Below the pieces are notes generated by a model. It did not search any database. It saw only the letters and a program-made list of their open reading frames with translations, and was not told the origin of the DNA. Shown piece after piece: positions 55,023 through 64,000 of a stretch of 64,000 nt of DNA; position 1 is the stretch's first letter, and the number at the start of each line of letters is the position of its first letter. This DNA comes from Candidatus Doudnabacteria bacterium RIFCSPHIGHO2_01_FULL_46_14 (GTDB lineage: Bacteria > Patescibacteriota > Doudnabacteria > UBA920 > 2-01-FULL-46-14), in NCBI GenBank assembly GCA_001779925.1, contig MFEK01000016.1:142504-206503 (forward strand). The letters are read 5' to 3'. A program made the position numbers and the translations under genes.

Positions 55023-56171
55023 TTACGTTATGCTTTGCTCTTCGGTTTGCAGATGCTCCCTTGCGAGCCGCAGTACCGCGCCGAATGAGATGAGCCACAA
55101 AATGGCGCATACCAGGAATCCAATGAACGGAATGATTTTTAGTATCAGGAGGACGACCGCGCCGGTGACTAAAACTGTCCATTTCAGGCCATTATATTTG
55201 TTCAGTTTCTTGAGGATCGCCGCGCCAAAGAATACAATCGCAATAATGTTCAGATACAGATAGAGAATAGCCAGCCACGCTAGTATCATCAGCCCGGCAT
55301 AAAATCCAATTACTGTTAACAGAAGCAGGACTGCCACTACAGGAATCACAATTGCCGCTACCAGACCGGTGCCGAGATTGGCCCATGGTTTGTCGAAAGT
55401 TTTTTCAACGACGCGGTTCATTTTTTTCGGGAAGAATCTGAGAAGCAAAAGTCCGGCGATTACTAAACCGATAGACCAGATGAGCTTGCCTGCAAAGCCA
55501 AATCCTTTATAAAGTGTTTTGGCGCCTTTGCGGTCGATTTTTTGAAAATCAATAGCAGAAATCTGAGCACCTGCCTGCACTACGGCCTCTCTTTTTCCTT
55601 TGTAGGTGATTTCCCCTGCTACCATACTGTCCGGTCCAAATGTGAGCTTGTCACTCATGACCCAAACCTCGCGCCCAACTTTACTATTGAGGTTTACTGT
55701 TCCTCCGCCGATGCGCACTGACCCAGCTATGGGCGCTTCGATTACAATATTCCCGCTGCCCACAACCAGGTCGCCGGAAATTTCCGCGGTTTTGGCAATC
55801 GTCACGTTCCCGCCGCCAACGAGCACGTCGCCGCGGACCGGACCAGTAATCGTTACATTCCCACCGCCCAGTCTGGCGTCGCCTCCGACTGTTCCGTTAA
55901 TCACCAGCGTGCCGCCGCCAGCCATGAGGTCATCTTCAACATTGCCCTGCACTACTACATTCCCGCCGCCAGCCATGAGGTCTCCTGCGATATTGCCTGT
56001 AACAGTGATATTTCCGCCAGCAGCGTAGACATTTCGGTGCCCGTCCCCGGAAATGATGGTATTGCCGCTGTCATTGGGTTTAATAAATTCCGCAGCCGCT
56101 GCAGTCTGAGCCGCAAACAGCAAGGTTAGCACCGGGGCTACAAAAATGATTTTTTTAAATTTCGTTCGCAT
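55023..56171 (-). CDS. Bactofilin-like (polymer-forming, DUF583-type beta-helix) domain fused to a C-terminal polytopic membrane domain, with an N-terminal signal peptide
   Basis: Repeats GNITVTGNIAGDLMAGGGNVVVQGNVEDDL... typical of bactofilin/CcmA. Five C-terminal TM helices. Confidence 0.55.
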   Translation of the reverse strand: MRTKFKKIIFVAPVLTLLFAAQTAAAAEFIKPNDSGNTIISGDGHRNVYAAGGNITVTGNIAGDLMAGGGNVVVQGNVEDDLMAGGGTLVINGTVGGDARLGGGNVTITGPVRGDVLVGGGNVTIAKTAEISGDLVVGSGNIVIEAPIAGSVRIGGGTVNLNSKVGREVWVMSDKLTFGPDSMVAGEITYKGKREAVVQAGAQISAIDFQKIDRKGAKTLYKGFGFAGKLIWSIGLVIAGLLLLRFFPKKMNRVVEKTFDKPWANLGTGLVAAIVIPVVAVLLLLTVIGFYAGLMILAWLAILYLYLNIIAIVFFGAAILKKLNKYNGLKWTVLVTGAVVLLILKIIPFIGFLVCAILWLISFGAVLRLAREHLQTEEQSIT

Positions 56172-56235
56172 AATGTTTATAATTAATAATCCAAGTTGTT
56201 ACTATATTCATTATACTCTTTCTCTTGACCGCAAA

Positions 56236-56266
56236 CAAAAAACCCGCCGATTCGGCGGGTTTTTTG
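56236..56266 (-). terminator. Rho-independent terminator downstream of csp
   Basis: AAAAAACCCGCCGAttcgGCGGGTTTTTT. Confidence 0.75.
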
Positions 56267-56276
56267 TAAAAGACCA

Positions 56277-56474
56277 TTAGACGCGCTTTACGTTGGTCGC
56301 GTTCTTGCCTTTTGGGGAATCTTCAACGTCAAAGCTGACGTTGTCGCCCTCTTGCAGTTCGTCAAAAGTGACGCCTACGAGAGAGTTACTGTGGAAGAAC
56401 AAATCTTTGTCCTGTCCTTCAACAGTGATGAACCCAAAACCTTTGTCAGTCTTTTTCTTTATGACACCATTCAT
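56277..56474 (-). CDS. Cold-shock protein (CspA family)
   Basis: GVIKKKTDKGFGFITVEG RNP1 motif. Confidence 0.85.
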   Translation of the reverse strand: MNGVIKKKTDKGFGFITVEGQDKDLFFHSNSLVGVTFDELQEGDNVSFDVEDSPKGKNATNVKRV

Positions 56475-56615
56475 GGTTTATATGAGTTTAATGAATTAAG
56501 CGCAAAATTGAATTACTTTTGTGAAGCTCGACGATTTTTCTAAAGATAAATATTTTTGCCAAACTAGTATAGCATGTATTCGTAATAATGTCCAGAGGCG
56601 ACTATAATAGATAAT

Positions 56616-57596
56616 ATGGACATTATCTATAGTACGAGTTTGATTTTATTGAGCATTCTGCTCATCGGCAAGGGCTCTGACTGGCTGACAGATTCGCTCA
56701 TCCCGGTGGCTAAACGCCTGGGTGTTTCCGGAGTGTCAGTCGGGCTGATTCTTGTATCCATAGCAGTCAGTTTGCCGGAAATTTTAGTTGCGGTTTATAC
56801 AACCTTGAAGGGTTTTTCTGATGTCACGCTTGGAGTGATACTTGGCTCGATATTTGTGAATATCGGACTGATGACCGGATTGTCAGCTATGGTCCGTCCG
56901 CTTAAAGTCACAAAAAATCTGATACTGCGGGATGGGGTTTTTTCTTTGGTGGTGCCGATCCTGGTTTTGGCCGTAGGACTGCAAGGAGAGATTACCCGCG
57001 CGGAAGGGTTTGCGTTTGTGCTGTTGTTTATTCCTTATTCGATAAATGTTTTTCTGCAGGAACGGCAAAAGACCAGTGAGCAGCGCAGCCAGGACGTCAA
57101 AGAGGTTGAGATCTCCCTGGATTTACTCGGTTTTGACATAGGAAAAATAAAATCCGGCTGGCTGTCGTTCATTTTGGGGGTCGGCGTGTTGCTCGCAGGA
57201 GCGCAGTTGTTCGGCAGTCAGCTCATCAGCATTGTGGAGGAGTTCCATGTCAATCAGCTGATAATCGGTTTTACGCTGGGCGCGTTCGGTCCGTCCATAC
57301 CAAATATTATGGCGGCTTACAAAGCCGCAAAAAAAGATATGGGAGAGATTGCCGTTTCGGAAACATTGGGGTCAAATATCTTTACGCTTCTCGTAACCCT
57401 GGGAATCACTGCTATGCTGTCGCCAATCAGTTTGGCGCCGCAATGGATAAAATTTGATCTCCCCGCTTTGCTGGTCCTCAGCGCCATGCTGTTTTTTTTC
57501 ACCATTACCAAGCGGGCGATTTCCCGTTTCGAAGGCGCTGTCCTCCTCTTTTCGTATCTTATAATCGTAACGGTTCAGATTGTATTGGCAGGCTGA
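56616..57596 (+). CDS. Na+/Ca2+ exchanger family (CaCA, YrbG-like) membrane protein
   Basis: Two alpha-repeat regions (GSSLPEI.. / GSNIFTLL..). Confidence 0.7.
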   Translation: MDIIYSTSLILLSILLIGKGSDWLTDSLIPVAKRLGVSGVSVGLILVSIAVSLPEILVAVYTTLKGFSDVTLGVILGSIFVNIGLMTGLSAMVRPLKVTKNLILRDGVFSLVVPILVLAVGLQGEITRAEGFAFVLLFIPYSINVFLQERQKTSEQRSQDVKEVEISLDLLGFDIGKIKSGWLSFILGVGVLLAGAQLFGSQLISIVEEFHVNQLIIGFTLGAFGPSIPNIMAAYKAAKKDMGEIAVSETLGSNIFTLLVTLGITAMLSPISLAPQWIKFDLPALLVLSAMLFFFTITKRAISRFEGAVLLFSYLIIVTVQIVLAG

Positions 57597-57687
57597 GCCT
57601 GTTAATCTCCTCAGAAAACTAAAAAACGCCCTATCAACATTGGCGATTTTTAGTTTAAGTTCGATTGGCCCGCCAGAGGCGGGTAAA

Positions 57688-57759
57688 CAGTCCCACGGGG
57701 AATCGAACCCCGATTCACAGCTTGAAAAGCTGTTGTCCTAACCGTTAGACGATGGGACC
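57688..57759 (-). tRNA. tRNA-Glu (anticodon TTC). No encoded CCA
   Basis: Reverse complement GGTCCCATCGTCTAACGGTTAGGACAACAGCTTTTCAAGCTGTGAATCGGGGTTCGATTCCCCGTGGGACTG folds as a cloverleaf. Anticodon loop TTTTCAA. T-loop GGTTCGATTCC. Confidence 0.85.
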
Positions 57760-58013
57760 ATGTTAACAGAGTTATGAATCCGTTTGAAAAGAAATTCTTT
57801 TTGCTGACTATTGTTTTTTAATTCTATTTCTCTCTTCCTTGCGTCCGTTTTATCAAGATATGCTTCGTAATAGATCAAAGTAAAAGGTCGATAGAACTGC
57901 GTTGATTTTACCTTACCAGTTTGATGTTGTGCAAACCTGGTTTTTAAGTCATCTGTGCAACCAGTATAAATCCATTTTTGTTTTTGACTATGCAAGACGT
58001 AAACGTAATACAT
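57738..58013 (-). CDS. GIY-YIG nuclease domain protein (UPF0213-like)
   Basis: YYVYVLHS...WIYTGCTDDLKTRFAQHQTG GIY-YIG motif. The 3' end overlaps the tRNA 5' end. Confidence 0.6.
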   Translation of the reverse strand: MYYVYVLHSQKQKWIYTGCTDDLKTRFAQHQTGKVKSTQFYRPFTLIYYEAYLDKTDARKREIELKNNSQQKEFLFKRIHNSVNMVPSSNG

Positions 58014-58155
58014 ATTTTTTGTTTTTAGGTAGTTAGTGACCCTGCGGGTCATCACCCGAAGGGTGAACGATGGGACCTCAAAAGCTCACTTAATTTATCA
58101 AAAATAGTAGAGTTGGTCAATAAAAGAAGCCAGAAATAAATCTGACTTCTGGACC

Positions 58156-58962
58156 CTATTTTTGGTATGGGTCCCGAAACCTTTTCTTTATAAATTCCAC
58201 GAACAATGGACAGCTTGGATCATCCTTGCAGCCGCGTAAAATGCCGTCCGCCTCAATGTCGTCATTGTTCAAGGGCTGACCTACCACTCGGAGCGGCCTA
58301 ATGACATTGATGATCATTATTGGCCAAACGCGAAGCTCTTCTTTTAGCCGCTCCTCGTAAACCCTTTGTGTGTCGGTAGAGTTTTCCGAAAAATCGAAAA
58401 ACTCTTTTTTTTGTCCTCGCAGATGAAGGGCTTCATGTACCATACCGTTCATGAACGTGTGCTTTGCGACTCGCGAGTCGTATTTTGTGACCGGATAATC
58501 CACGTTCACGAAGCCCCACAATTTGAGGAGCGAAATCTCGATCTCCATCTTTTGTCCATTATAGCCAGAAGCCATCAACGTTGAGCTTGCACCGGGAAAG
58601 GTGGTCACTGGGGTGATGAGCAGCTCGCCTTTTTTGTTAGCCTCTACGATTCCTCGAAGCCACGCTATGCCGAACGGCGGGTAATATTTATTGCCGATAA
58701 AGAAGGGGTCTGACTCTCCCATTAGTCTTTCAAATATCTGCGCGCCTTCTTTGATTTTTTGCTCCGAGGTCTTTTCGGGGATTGGGATAGGCGAAGGCAG
58801 AACAATGCGGGGGACTGGCTGTGCAGGATACGTTATTCTTTCCTGGCGCAGCGGCTGGGGCTGGGTTATAAAATAGGTGACTGCGATGGCCAGCAGAAGC
58901 ACTGACCACATCCACCAAGCGCGGGCTGAACTGCGGCTATGGTTCCTTATGTTTTTGGGCAT
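58156..58962 (-). CDS. Membrane-anchored putative zinc metallopeptidase (HExxH)
   Basis: N-terminal TM. VHEALHL motif. RBS AGGAGG. Confidence 0.45.
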   Translation of the reverse strand: MPKNIRNHSRSSARAWWMWSVLLLAIAVTYFITQPQPLRQERITYPAQPVPRIVLPSPIPIPEKTSEQKIKEGAQIFERLMGESDPFFIGNKYYPPFGIAWLRGIVEANKKGELLITPVTTFPGASSTLMASGYNGQKMEIEISLLKLWGFVNVDYPVTKYDSRVAKHTFMNGMVHEALHLRGQKKEFFDFSENSTDTQRVYEERLKEELRVWPIMIINVIRPLRVVGQPLNNDDIEADGILRGCKDDPSCPLFVEFIKKRFRDPYQK

Positions 58963-59065
58963 GATTTCCTCCTTGTGGAAACGCTATCTTAGCGGTTATT
59001 GCTCGAAAAGTAAAGAAGCGCCGTTCTGGTTAGAACAACGCTTTAGTGTTGCAAGTCTACGACCT

Positions 59066-59491
59066 TCACCCGGGATTTTCTGCCGGTGCGGTGCTGTCTT
59101 CGCTAACTGCGCCGCTCGCCGGTCTGCCCCGGTTTATAACGGCGGGGAAACTGCGAAGCGCGCTGTCTTGGTCTTCGAAAATGTCGAATACTGTGTCGAG
59201 CTTTACCCCTTTCAGGTAGTCGCGAAGTTTTGGAGTTAGTGCGACGATTTTTAGATTACCCCCTTTGCCGCACACCGTGGTGTAGGCTGATACCAGCTCG
59301 CCCATCCCGCTAGAATCAACGTAAGGGACTTCTGCCATGGTGATTACCACGTTTTTGCATTCGTGCCTCAGTATTTCCCTGATAGCCTCGCGAAGCTCCA
59401 GGCATGGCCCTCCGATAATCAGTCGGCCAATTGGAGTCAACACGTGAGCCCGCCGTCCTTCCGATTCAACGAACCGTTTCGTGATTTGCAT
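59066..59491 (-). CDS. STAS-domain protein (anti-sigma factor antagonist, SpoIIAA-like)
   Basis: ...VVITMAEVPYVDSSGMGELVSAY... STAS core with the conserved Ser. Confidence 0.6.
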   Translation of the reverse strand: MQITKRFVESEGRRAHVLTPIGRLIIGGPCLELREAIREILRHECKNVVITMAEVPYVDSSGMGELVSAYTTVCGKGGNLKIVALTPKLRDYLKGVKLDTVFDIFEDQDSALRSFPAVINRGRPASGAVSEDSTAPAENPG

Positions 59492-59831
59492 GTTCCCTCC
59501 TCTGAATTTGATTCCTCAGAATAACATGCGCAATTATTCGGGTCAATCGCTGGACGAATGACCAATTTTATTAATAAAACTCGCTATTATCCACGTTTGA
59601 TTTGCGGGGTTTACTAATCCCTAAGGCAGGGGCACAAATTGAACAGTAGAATCTGCTACAAACTTGGGACAAAACACAACGCGGCCCTGCCTGATATTCT
59701 TTATATTCTCTTTACACGACTAGTCAGACTGGTCACGTGTTTAATCATTAATGTTTCATGCGGGGGAGGTGACACAACAAATGGTGCAGCAAAATCAGGT
59801 CCAATAAAATAATGGCCAGGATTGTTCTTGA

Positions 59832-59885
59832 AAAAACTCCCGGGACTCTAATTTAGGAAGAAAGAGTAGAATCCCGGGAGTTTAA
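59832..59885 (-). terminator. Terminator hairpin downstream of the PBP1A gene
   Basis: ACTCCCGGGA...TCCCGGGAGT 10-bp stem followed by a T-run on the minus strand. Confidence 0.5.
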
Positions 59886-59919
59886 ATTAATATGGTTTGA
59901 ATTTATTTAAAAGTTTTCT

Positions 59920-62445
59920 TTAGGGGGCAGTTGGATCAGGCGGCGTGTAAATGGGGTTGTTGTCGACTATTGTCCCGACCGGAGTCGGGGCCCCGGCAGG
60001 GGACGGGGCAGGTAAAGGTGGAGGACTTTGCAGGGCAAATTCTAGCGGAATAATCGTGGTTTGTTTCTGGCCTTGGTCTGTTGTAACCTCAACAGTCATA
60101 AAATGCATTCCGTCAGCATACCGATTTTGACTCACATGATAAATTTCGTTTGCATTTGCCGTAGTCTCTGTTTGTTCATCGACCTTCACAATTATCTGGG
60201 ATACCGGGAAAATCGAAGCAGTCTGGACTGCAAAACTCCACGGCACTGCGGAAATCCGAGGACTGACCCGGACATTGACTGAGATATCTGATTCTTCGCC
60301 GCCGCCAAGGTCTGCATTTTCCACTGGTTCGTTTGCAATATACGTGCCATTACTAAATCCATAGCCGTGGGCAATAGCGTAGGCGCGAACCGGCTCGTCC
60401 CAGGCGGGGTCTCCGGGTTTTTCTGAGCGAAGGATTGACACCACGCGTCCATTTCTGGCTATATGAAAATCGTCTTCAGTAACCGGAACGTTGAAATCCA
60501 GGGCAAAGATTTCGGTTTTGGTTTGCGGGGTGTTCGAGGTGGGCAGTTTGCCGGAGAGTTTATCAACTGCGAGTTCTACTATGCCGGGCGGGCGGGTAAA
60601 TATTTCTACCGGAGTATCTTGCAGAGCGCGGCTTATAAATTCATTCCAGATTGGAGCCGCGACGTAGAGTCCATCGGCGCCGTAGCGCATGGGCGCGTTG
60701 TCATTGTTGCCCACCCAGACCCCTACGGAAATGCTTGGAGTGTAGCCCACAGTCCAGGCATCGCGGAATTCCTGCGTAGTTCCGGTTTTTACAGCCACCG
60801 GCCGTCCGTCCGGCAATGTCAGTTTGTTTTTGCGGTTGGAGAAAATAAACATCCGCGCTTCATTATCAGACAGCACATTAGTGATTTGGTAAGCGATCTG
60901 GGGGTGGATGGCCTGGCGTCCTTTATCGCGATTCAATACCTCGATTATCTTGCCGCTGTGGTCAGTGATTTCCAAAATGGGCGTTGTTTCATAGAGCTTC
61001 CCGCCGGCGCCGAATGCGCCGAATGCCGCTGTATGCTCCAAAAGTTTGACCTCTGCGCCGCCTAGGACCAAAGCCGGCCCATAACGGGAACGGTTTGTCA
61101 GGGTGCTCAGACCCATGCTTTCTGCAGTATCAACCGCGTCATTGATTCCGACCAGCATGAGGGTTTTGACCGCCGGAACATTGAGGGAACCTTGCAGAGC
61201 CTGGCGGATAGAGATAGGGCCATAGTTGCGTTTACTGTAGTTTTGCGGGACATAGTCGCGGGAGCCATAGCGGCCGAAATTGGTAGGTACGTCCATAACA
61301 AGCGAGCCTGGAGACAACCCCTCTTTGAAAGCAGTGGCATACACGTAAGGCTTGAATGACGATCCGGGCTGGCGCGGCCGAAGGGCCACGTTAACCTCGC
61401 CGTCGTTTTCTTTTTCAAAATAATCCCGCCCGCCAACCATGGCTAACACCTCGCCTGTCCGCGGGTCTACGGCAACCAAAGCCGCGTTTTTGCCGCGCCA
61501 ATTTTTTTCGTTTGCCAGGGAGTGTTTGAGCACGGTCTCTTCGGCCAAGCGCTGGAGATTGAGGTCAAGCGTCGTTCGCACCCGCATGCCACCCTCTCGC
61601 GCGGCTTTTTCGCCGTATTTTTCTCGCAGGATATCCTGAACGTAAAACACGAAATGCGGGGCGATGATCGGAGCGGAGATTTTTTGAAATACGACTTTTT
61701 CGGCGCGTGCCTCGTCCACCTGAGACTGATTTATAAATCCCTGTTCCTGCATTTTCCTCAAAACAAGCAGGGCGCGCGTTTTCAGCTCATCGCTATGCGG
61801 GCCATAAGGCGAATAGTAGGTGGGAGCTTTGGGCAGGGCGGCAAGATGGGCAGCCTGCGCCAGGCTTAGGTCGCGGGCAGGTTTGCCGAAATACGCCTGG
61901 CTGGCCGCCTGGATGCCATAGAGGTTGGAGCCGTAAGGAATTTCGTTAAAATAAAGCTCGAGAATTTTCTCTTTCGGGTATTTGACCTCAAGGTTGAAGG
62001 CCAACACCAGTTCTTTGAATTTGCGCCTCCAGGTTTTTTCGCGGGTCAGCACGGCATTGCGCACAAACTGCTGGGTGATAGTAGAGGCGCCTTGGGTTTT
62101 GTCCCCGGTTTTCCAGTTAATATAGGAAGCGCGGGCAATGCCTTCCATGTCAAAGCCCATGTGTTTATAAAAATTTTTGTCTTCAATGGCAATCGCCGCC
62201 TGCCGGACCATCAGGGGAATCTCTCGCAGAGAGACTATGGTGCGTTTTGCGTCCCCGTGGAATTCATAGAGCAACGTCCCGTGCCGGTCATAAATTTTCG
62301 TGGATTCGGGGACATCACGGCTGACCAGCGCGTCTGCTCCGGGAAGAGTCGCGGAATAATAGAGAAACACCGCAATAATTGCGGCTGGTATGATTACTGC
62401 GAAAAACAACAGTAAAAATAAAAGAATTTTTCGCGTTTTCTTCAC
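59920..62445 (-). CDS. Penicillin-binding protein 1A (bifunctional transglycosylase/transpeptidase) with a Pro-rich C-terminal extension
   Basis: GT51 motifs (EDKNFYKH, RKMQ), transpeptidase SSFK, KTGTT. Confidence 0.85.
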   Translation of the reverse strand: MKKTRKILLFLLLFFAVIIPAAIIAVFLYYSATLPGADALVSRDVPESTKIYDRHGTLLYEFHGDAKRTIVSLREIPLMVRQAAIAIEDKNFYKHMGFDMEGIARASYINWKTGDKTQGASTITQQFVRNAVLTREKTWRRKFKELVLAFNLEVKYPKEKILELYFNEIPYGSNLYGIQAASQAYFGKPARDLSLAQAAHLAALPKAPTYYSPYGPHSDELKTRALLVLRKMQEQGFINQSQVDEARAEKVVFQKISAPIIAPHFVFYVQDILREKYGEKAAREGGMRVRTTLDLNLQRLAEETVLKHSLANEKNWRGKNAALVAVDPRTGEVLAMVGGRDYFEKENDGEVNVALRPRQPGSSFKPYVYATAFKEGLSPGSLVMDVPTNFGRYGSRDYVPQNYSKRNYGPISIRQALQGSLNVPAVKTLMLVGINDAVDTAESMGLSTLTNRSRYGPALVLGGAEVKLLEHTAAFGAFGAGGKLYETTPILEITDHSGKIIEVLNRDKGRQAIHPQIAYQITNVLSDNEARMFIFSNRKNKLTLPDGRPVAVKTGTTQEFRDAWTVGYTPSISVGVWVGNNDNAPMRYGADGLYVAAPIWNEFISRALQDTPVEIFTRPPGIVELAVDKLSGKLPTSNTPQTKTEIFALDFNVPVTEDDFHIARNGRVVSILRSEKPGDPAWDEPVRAYAIAHGYGFSNGTYIANEPVENADLGGGEESDISVNVRVSPRISAVPWSFAVQTASIFPVSQIIVKVDEQTETTANANEIYHVSQNRYADGMHFMTVEVTTDQGQKQTTIIPLEFALQSPPPLPAPSPAGAPTPVGTIVDNNPIYTPPDPTAP

Positions 62446-62607
62446 CCCGTTAGAAATCCTATGATTAATTATTTCTGAAGTTCGTTATACAGCCTCCCCG
62501 TTGCTCTGAGATTTCTAACGAGGTTACATAGTGTCATTACAGCAGTTTATATGGTTTGTCAACATGGATTTTTAAACAATTAGTTGCAATAATCACTCAG
62601 AGAAATT

Positions 62608-63255
62608 ATGATTAAACCCATGTTTCATTTTGATTTAGTCGGACTAATCAAGACTGCCGGATACCTCGGTTTGTTTGCCATTATTTTTGCCGAGTCTGGG
62701 CTGTTTATCGGTTTTTTTCTGCCGGGTGACAGCCTGCTGTTTACCGCGGGGTTTTTAGCCTCACAAGGGTATTTGCATATCGAACTTTTGGCGACCCTCA
62801 TGGTTATTGCCGCTGTACTGGGGGATAATGTCGGTTATGCGTTTGGTCGCCGAATCGGTCCGAAGATTTTTTCCAAAGAACAGTCAATACTCTTCAGTAA
62901 AAAAAATTTACTTCGGGCTCAGAATTTTTTTGAAGAACATGGCCGCAAAACAATTATCCTGGCGCGTTTCATTCCGGCCGTCCGGACCTTCGTGCCGATT
63001 CTGGCCGGAGTCGGCCAGATGCAGTATCATGTATTTTTTGCCTTCAATATTGTCGGCGGACTCCTGTGGGCCGCAGGCCTCACTCTATTGGGATATTTTT
63101 TGGGCAGTACGATTCCGGACGTGGACCGCTATTTATTGCCGATAATTGGCGGCATTATCGCATTGTCCGTGCTGCCGACTATTATTCACATCATTCGTGA
63201 CAAAGAAACCCGAAAAGATATTATAGAGTTTATTCGTTCGCGCGGGAAGAGCTAA
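62608..63255 (+). CDS. DedA/SNARE-associated family membrane protein
   Basis: FLPGDSLLFTAGFLAS...ARFIPAVRTF signature. Confidence 0.75.
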   Translation: MIKPMFHFDLVGLIKTAGYLGLFAIIFAESGLFIGFFLPGDSLLFTAGFLASQGYLHIELLATLMVIAAVLGDNVGYAFGRRIGPKIFSKEQSILFSKKNLLRAQNFFEEHGRKTIILARFIPAVRTFVPILAGVGQMQYHVFFAFNIVGGLLWAAGLTLLGYFLGSTIPDVDRYLLPIIGGIIALSVLPTIIHIIRDKETRKDIIEFIRSRGKS

Positions 63256-64000
63256 GGTGGATATCCAGAAGGGCGAACAGCAGACTGACCACTAGGGGCC
63301 CCAGCACAAATCCAACCGGACCGAATAATGACAGCCCGCCGATCACGGAAAGCAGAATCAAAAACGGGTGAATCCGGATGCCGCGATTGATCAGGTATGG
63401 GCTTAGGAAATTGTCGATGAGTCCCACGGCCAGCACGCCCCAGATCGCAAGACCTATGGCGCGGCCGATTTCTCCCTCAAAATACAAATAGCCGATGGCC
63501 GGAAGCAGGACCATGGCTGTGCCAACGTTGGGGATGAGCGCGGCGATTGCCGCGGTGCCGGCCCATAACACGGGGTTGGGCACCCCAAAGATGGTCAGGC
63601 CAATGCCGGTGAGCAGTCCCTGGATAAGCGCGATGAGGAGCGCGCCTTTGATGACCGAGTTAATAGCGGTGTAGAGTCGAGATAAGATTTTTTCATCTTG
63701 CTGATCCGGAAGAGGGCTCAAGATTTTTAAATACGTCGCGAATTTTTTGCCATCCCGCAGGAAATAAAACAGGGAGATGAGAAACAGGAAGAAGCTCAGG
63801 GCTGTGCTAAACACGCTTGAGAAAATGCTGTTGAGGTTCTGCACGACCCAGTTGAGAACCTGTCTGCTTATGCGCTCGAAATCTGGAGAAAAATTGGGAA
63901 CGACCCGGGTGATTTGTTCACGGACGCTTTCCGGCAAAGCTTCTCTGCCTACCGTGTTTAGAGAATGAAAAAGACTTTGCGCTTCCTGGAAAATCTGGAA
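63230..64000 (-). CDS. AI-2E family transporter (partial; the N-terminus lies beyond the window end)
   Basis: C-terminal AI-2E-like TM helices GLIDNFLSPYLI.... The ORF remains open at 64000. Confidence 0.65.
   Translation of the reverse strand, partial: FQIFQEAQSLFHSLNTVGREALPESVREQITRVVPNFSPDFERISRQVLNWVVQNLNSIFSSVFSTALSFFLFLISLFYFLRDGKKFATYLKILSPLPDQQDEKILSRLYTAINSVIKGALLIALIQGLLTGIGLTIFGVPNPVLWAGTAAIAALIPNVGTAMVLLPAIGYLYFEGEIGRAIGLAIWGVLAVGLIDNFLSPYLINRGIRIHPFLILLSVIGGLSLFGPVGFVLGPLVVSLLFALLDIHLSSSRANE

Noticed and set aside
55606-56028. 140-aa Pro/Thr-rich plus-strand ORF
   Set aside because: Antisense artefact of the Gly-rich bactofilin-like repeat codons (GGN read as NCC).
59492-59919. 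tmRNA or RNase P RNA in the long intergenic region
   Set aside because: No tag-peptide reading frame, no GGGGCUGAUUCUGGAUUCGACGGG-type start, and no P4 AGGAAAGUCC consensus were found.

Overview
This 64 kb window looks like a compact, gene-dense bacterial chromosome segment of roughly 47-50% GC. Gene content and style (many small hypothetical proteins, three TrmB-like regulators, a truncated TsaB, rpoB-rpoC not preceded by rplJ/rplL, many starts lacking a Shine-Dalgarno) fit a CPR/Patescibacteria-like organism. That taxonomic call is inference only.

The backbone is housekeeping. Recognisable genes include recF, a DUF721 protein, ruvB, pepA, a VanW-like protein, tsaE, an NrnA-like DHH phosphoesterase, a GspE/PilB ATPase, polA, rpsT, uvrB, ruvA, a Mur ligase, an ABC-2 transporter pair and a cell-wall amidase. 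Also present are rpoB, rpoC, valS, an HD hydrolase, an EamA transporter, tsaD, an MsbA-like ABC exporter, cspA, a CaCA antiporter, tRNA-Glu(UUC), PBP1A, DedA and a partial AI-2E transporter at the window end.

The main non-housekeeping observations are:
- A dispersed family of GC-rich palindromic repeats (C-tract/G-tract hairpins with core like CCCTCCCCTTGAGGGGGAGGG), at least 18 copies. Many are intergenic or in 5'UTRs, but several sit in frame inside essential genes (polA x4, Mur ligase x2, tsaD, valS) or add C-terminal tails (recF, TrmB, TsaB-like). This resembles Rickettsia palindromic elements.
- A second, AT-rich intergenic repeat with ATTTCTAA/TTAGAAAT inverted ends, abutting start codons.
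- Three cassette-like arrangements in which a gene or gene end is bracketed by direct copies of a palindromic element: the DUF721 gene, a PaaX-like regulator upstream of polA, and a duplicated pilB 3' end.
- A GIY-YIG nuclease gene inserted at the 5' end of tRNA-Glu, flanked by an 11-bp direct repeat.
- An accessory block between rpoC and valS: a RhuM/Fic (HPFxDGNKR) protein plus a small wHTH partner, then a PpnP-like (DUF1255) cupin plus a B12-binding radical SAM enzyme.
- A TrmB-controlled cassette at 2.5-5.7 kb: an unknown protein, a cupin, a UbiA-like membrane protein and an unknown 374-aa protein with its own promoter and palindromic operators.

No rRNA or CRISPR array is present.
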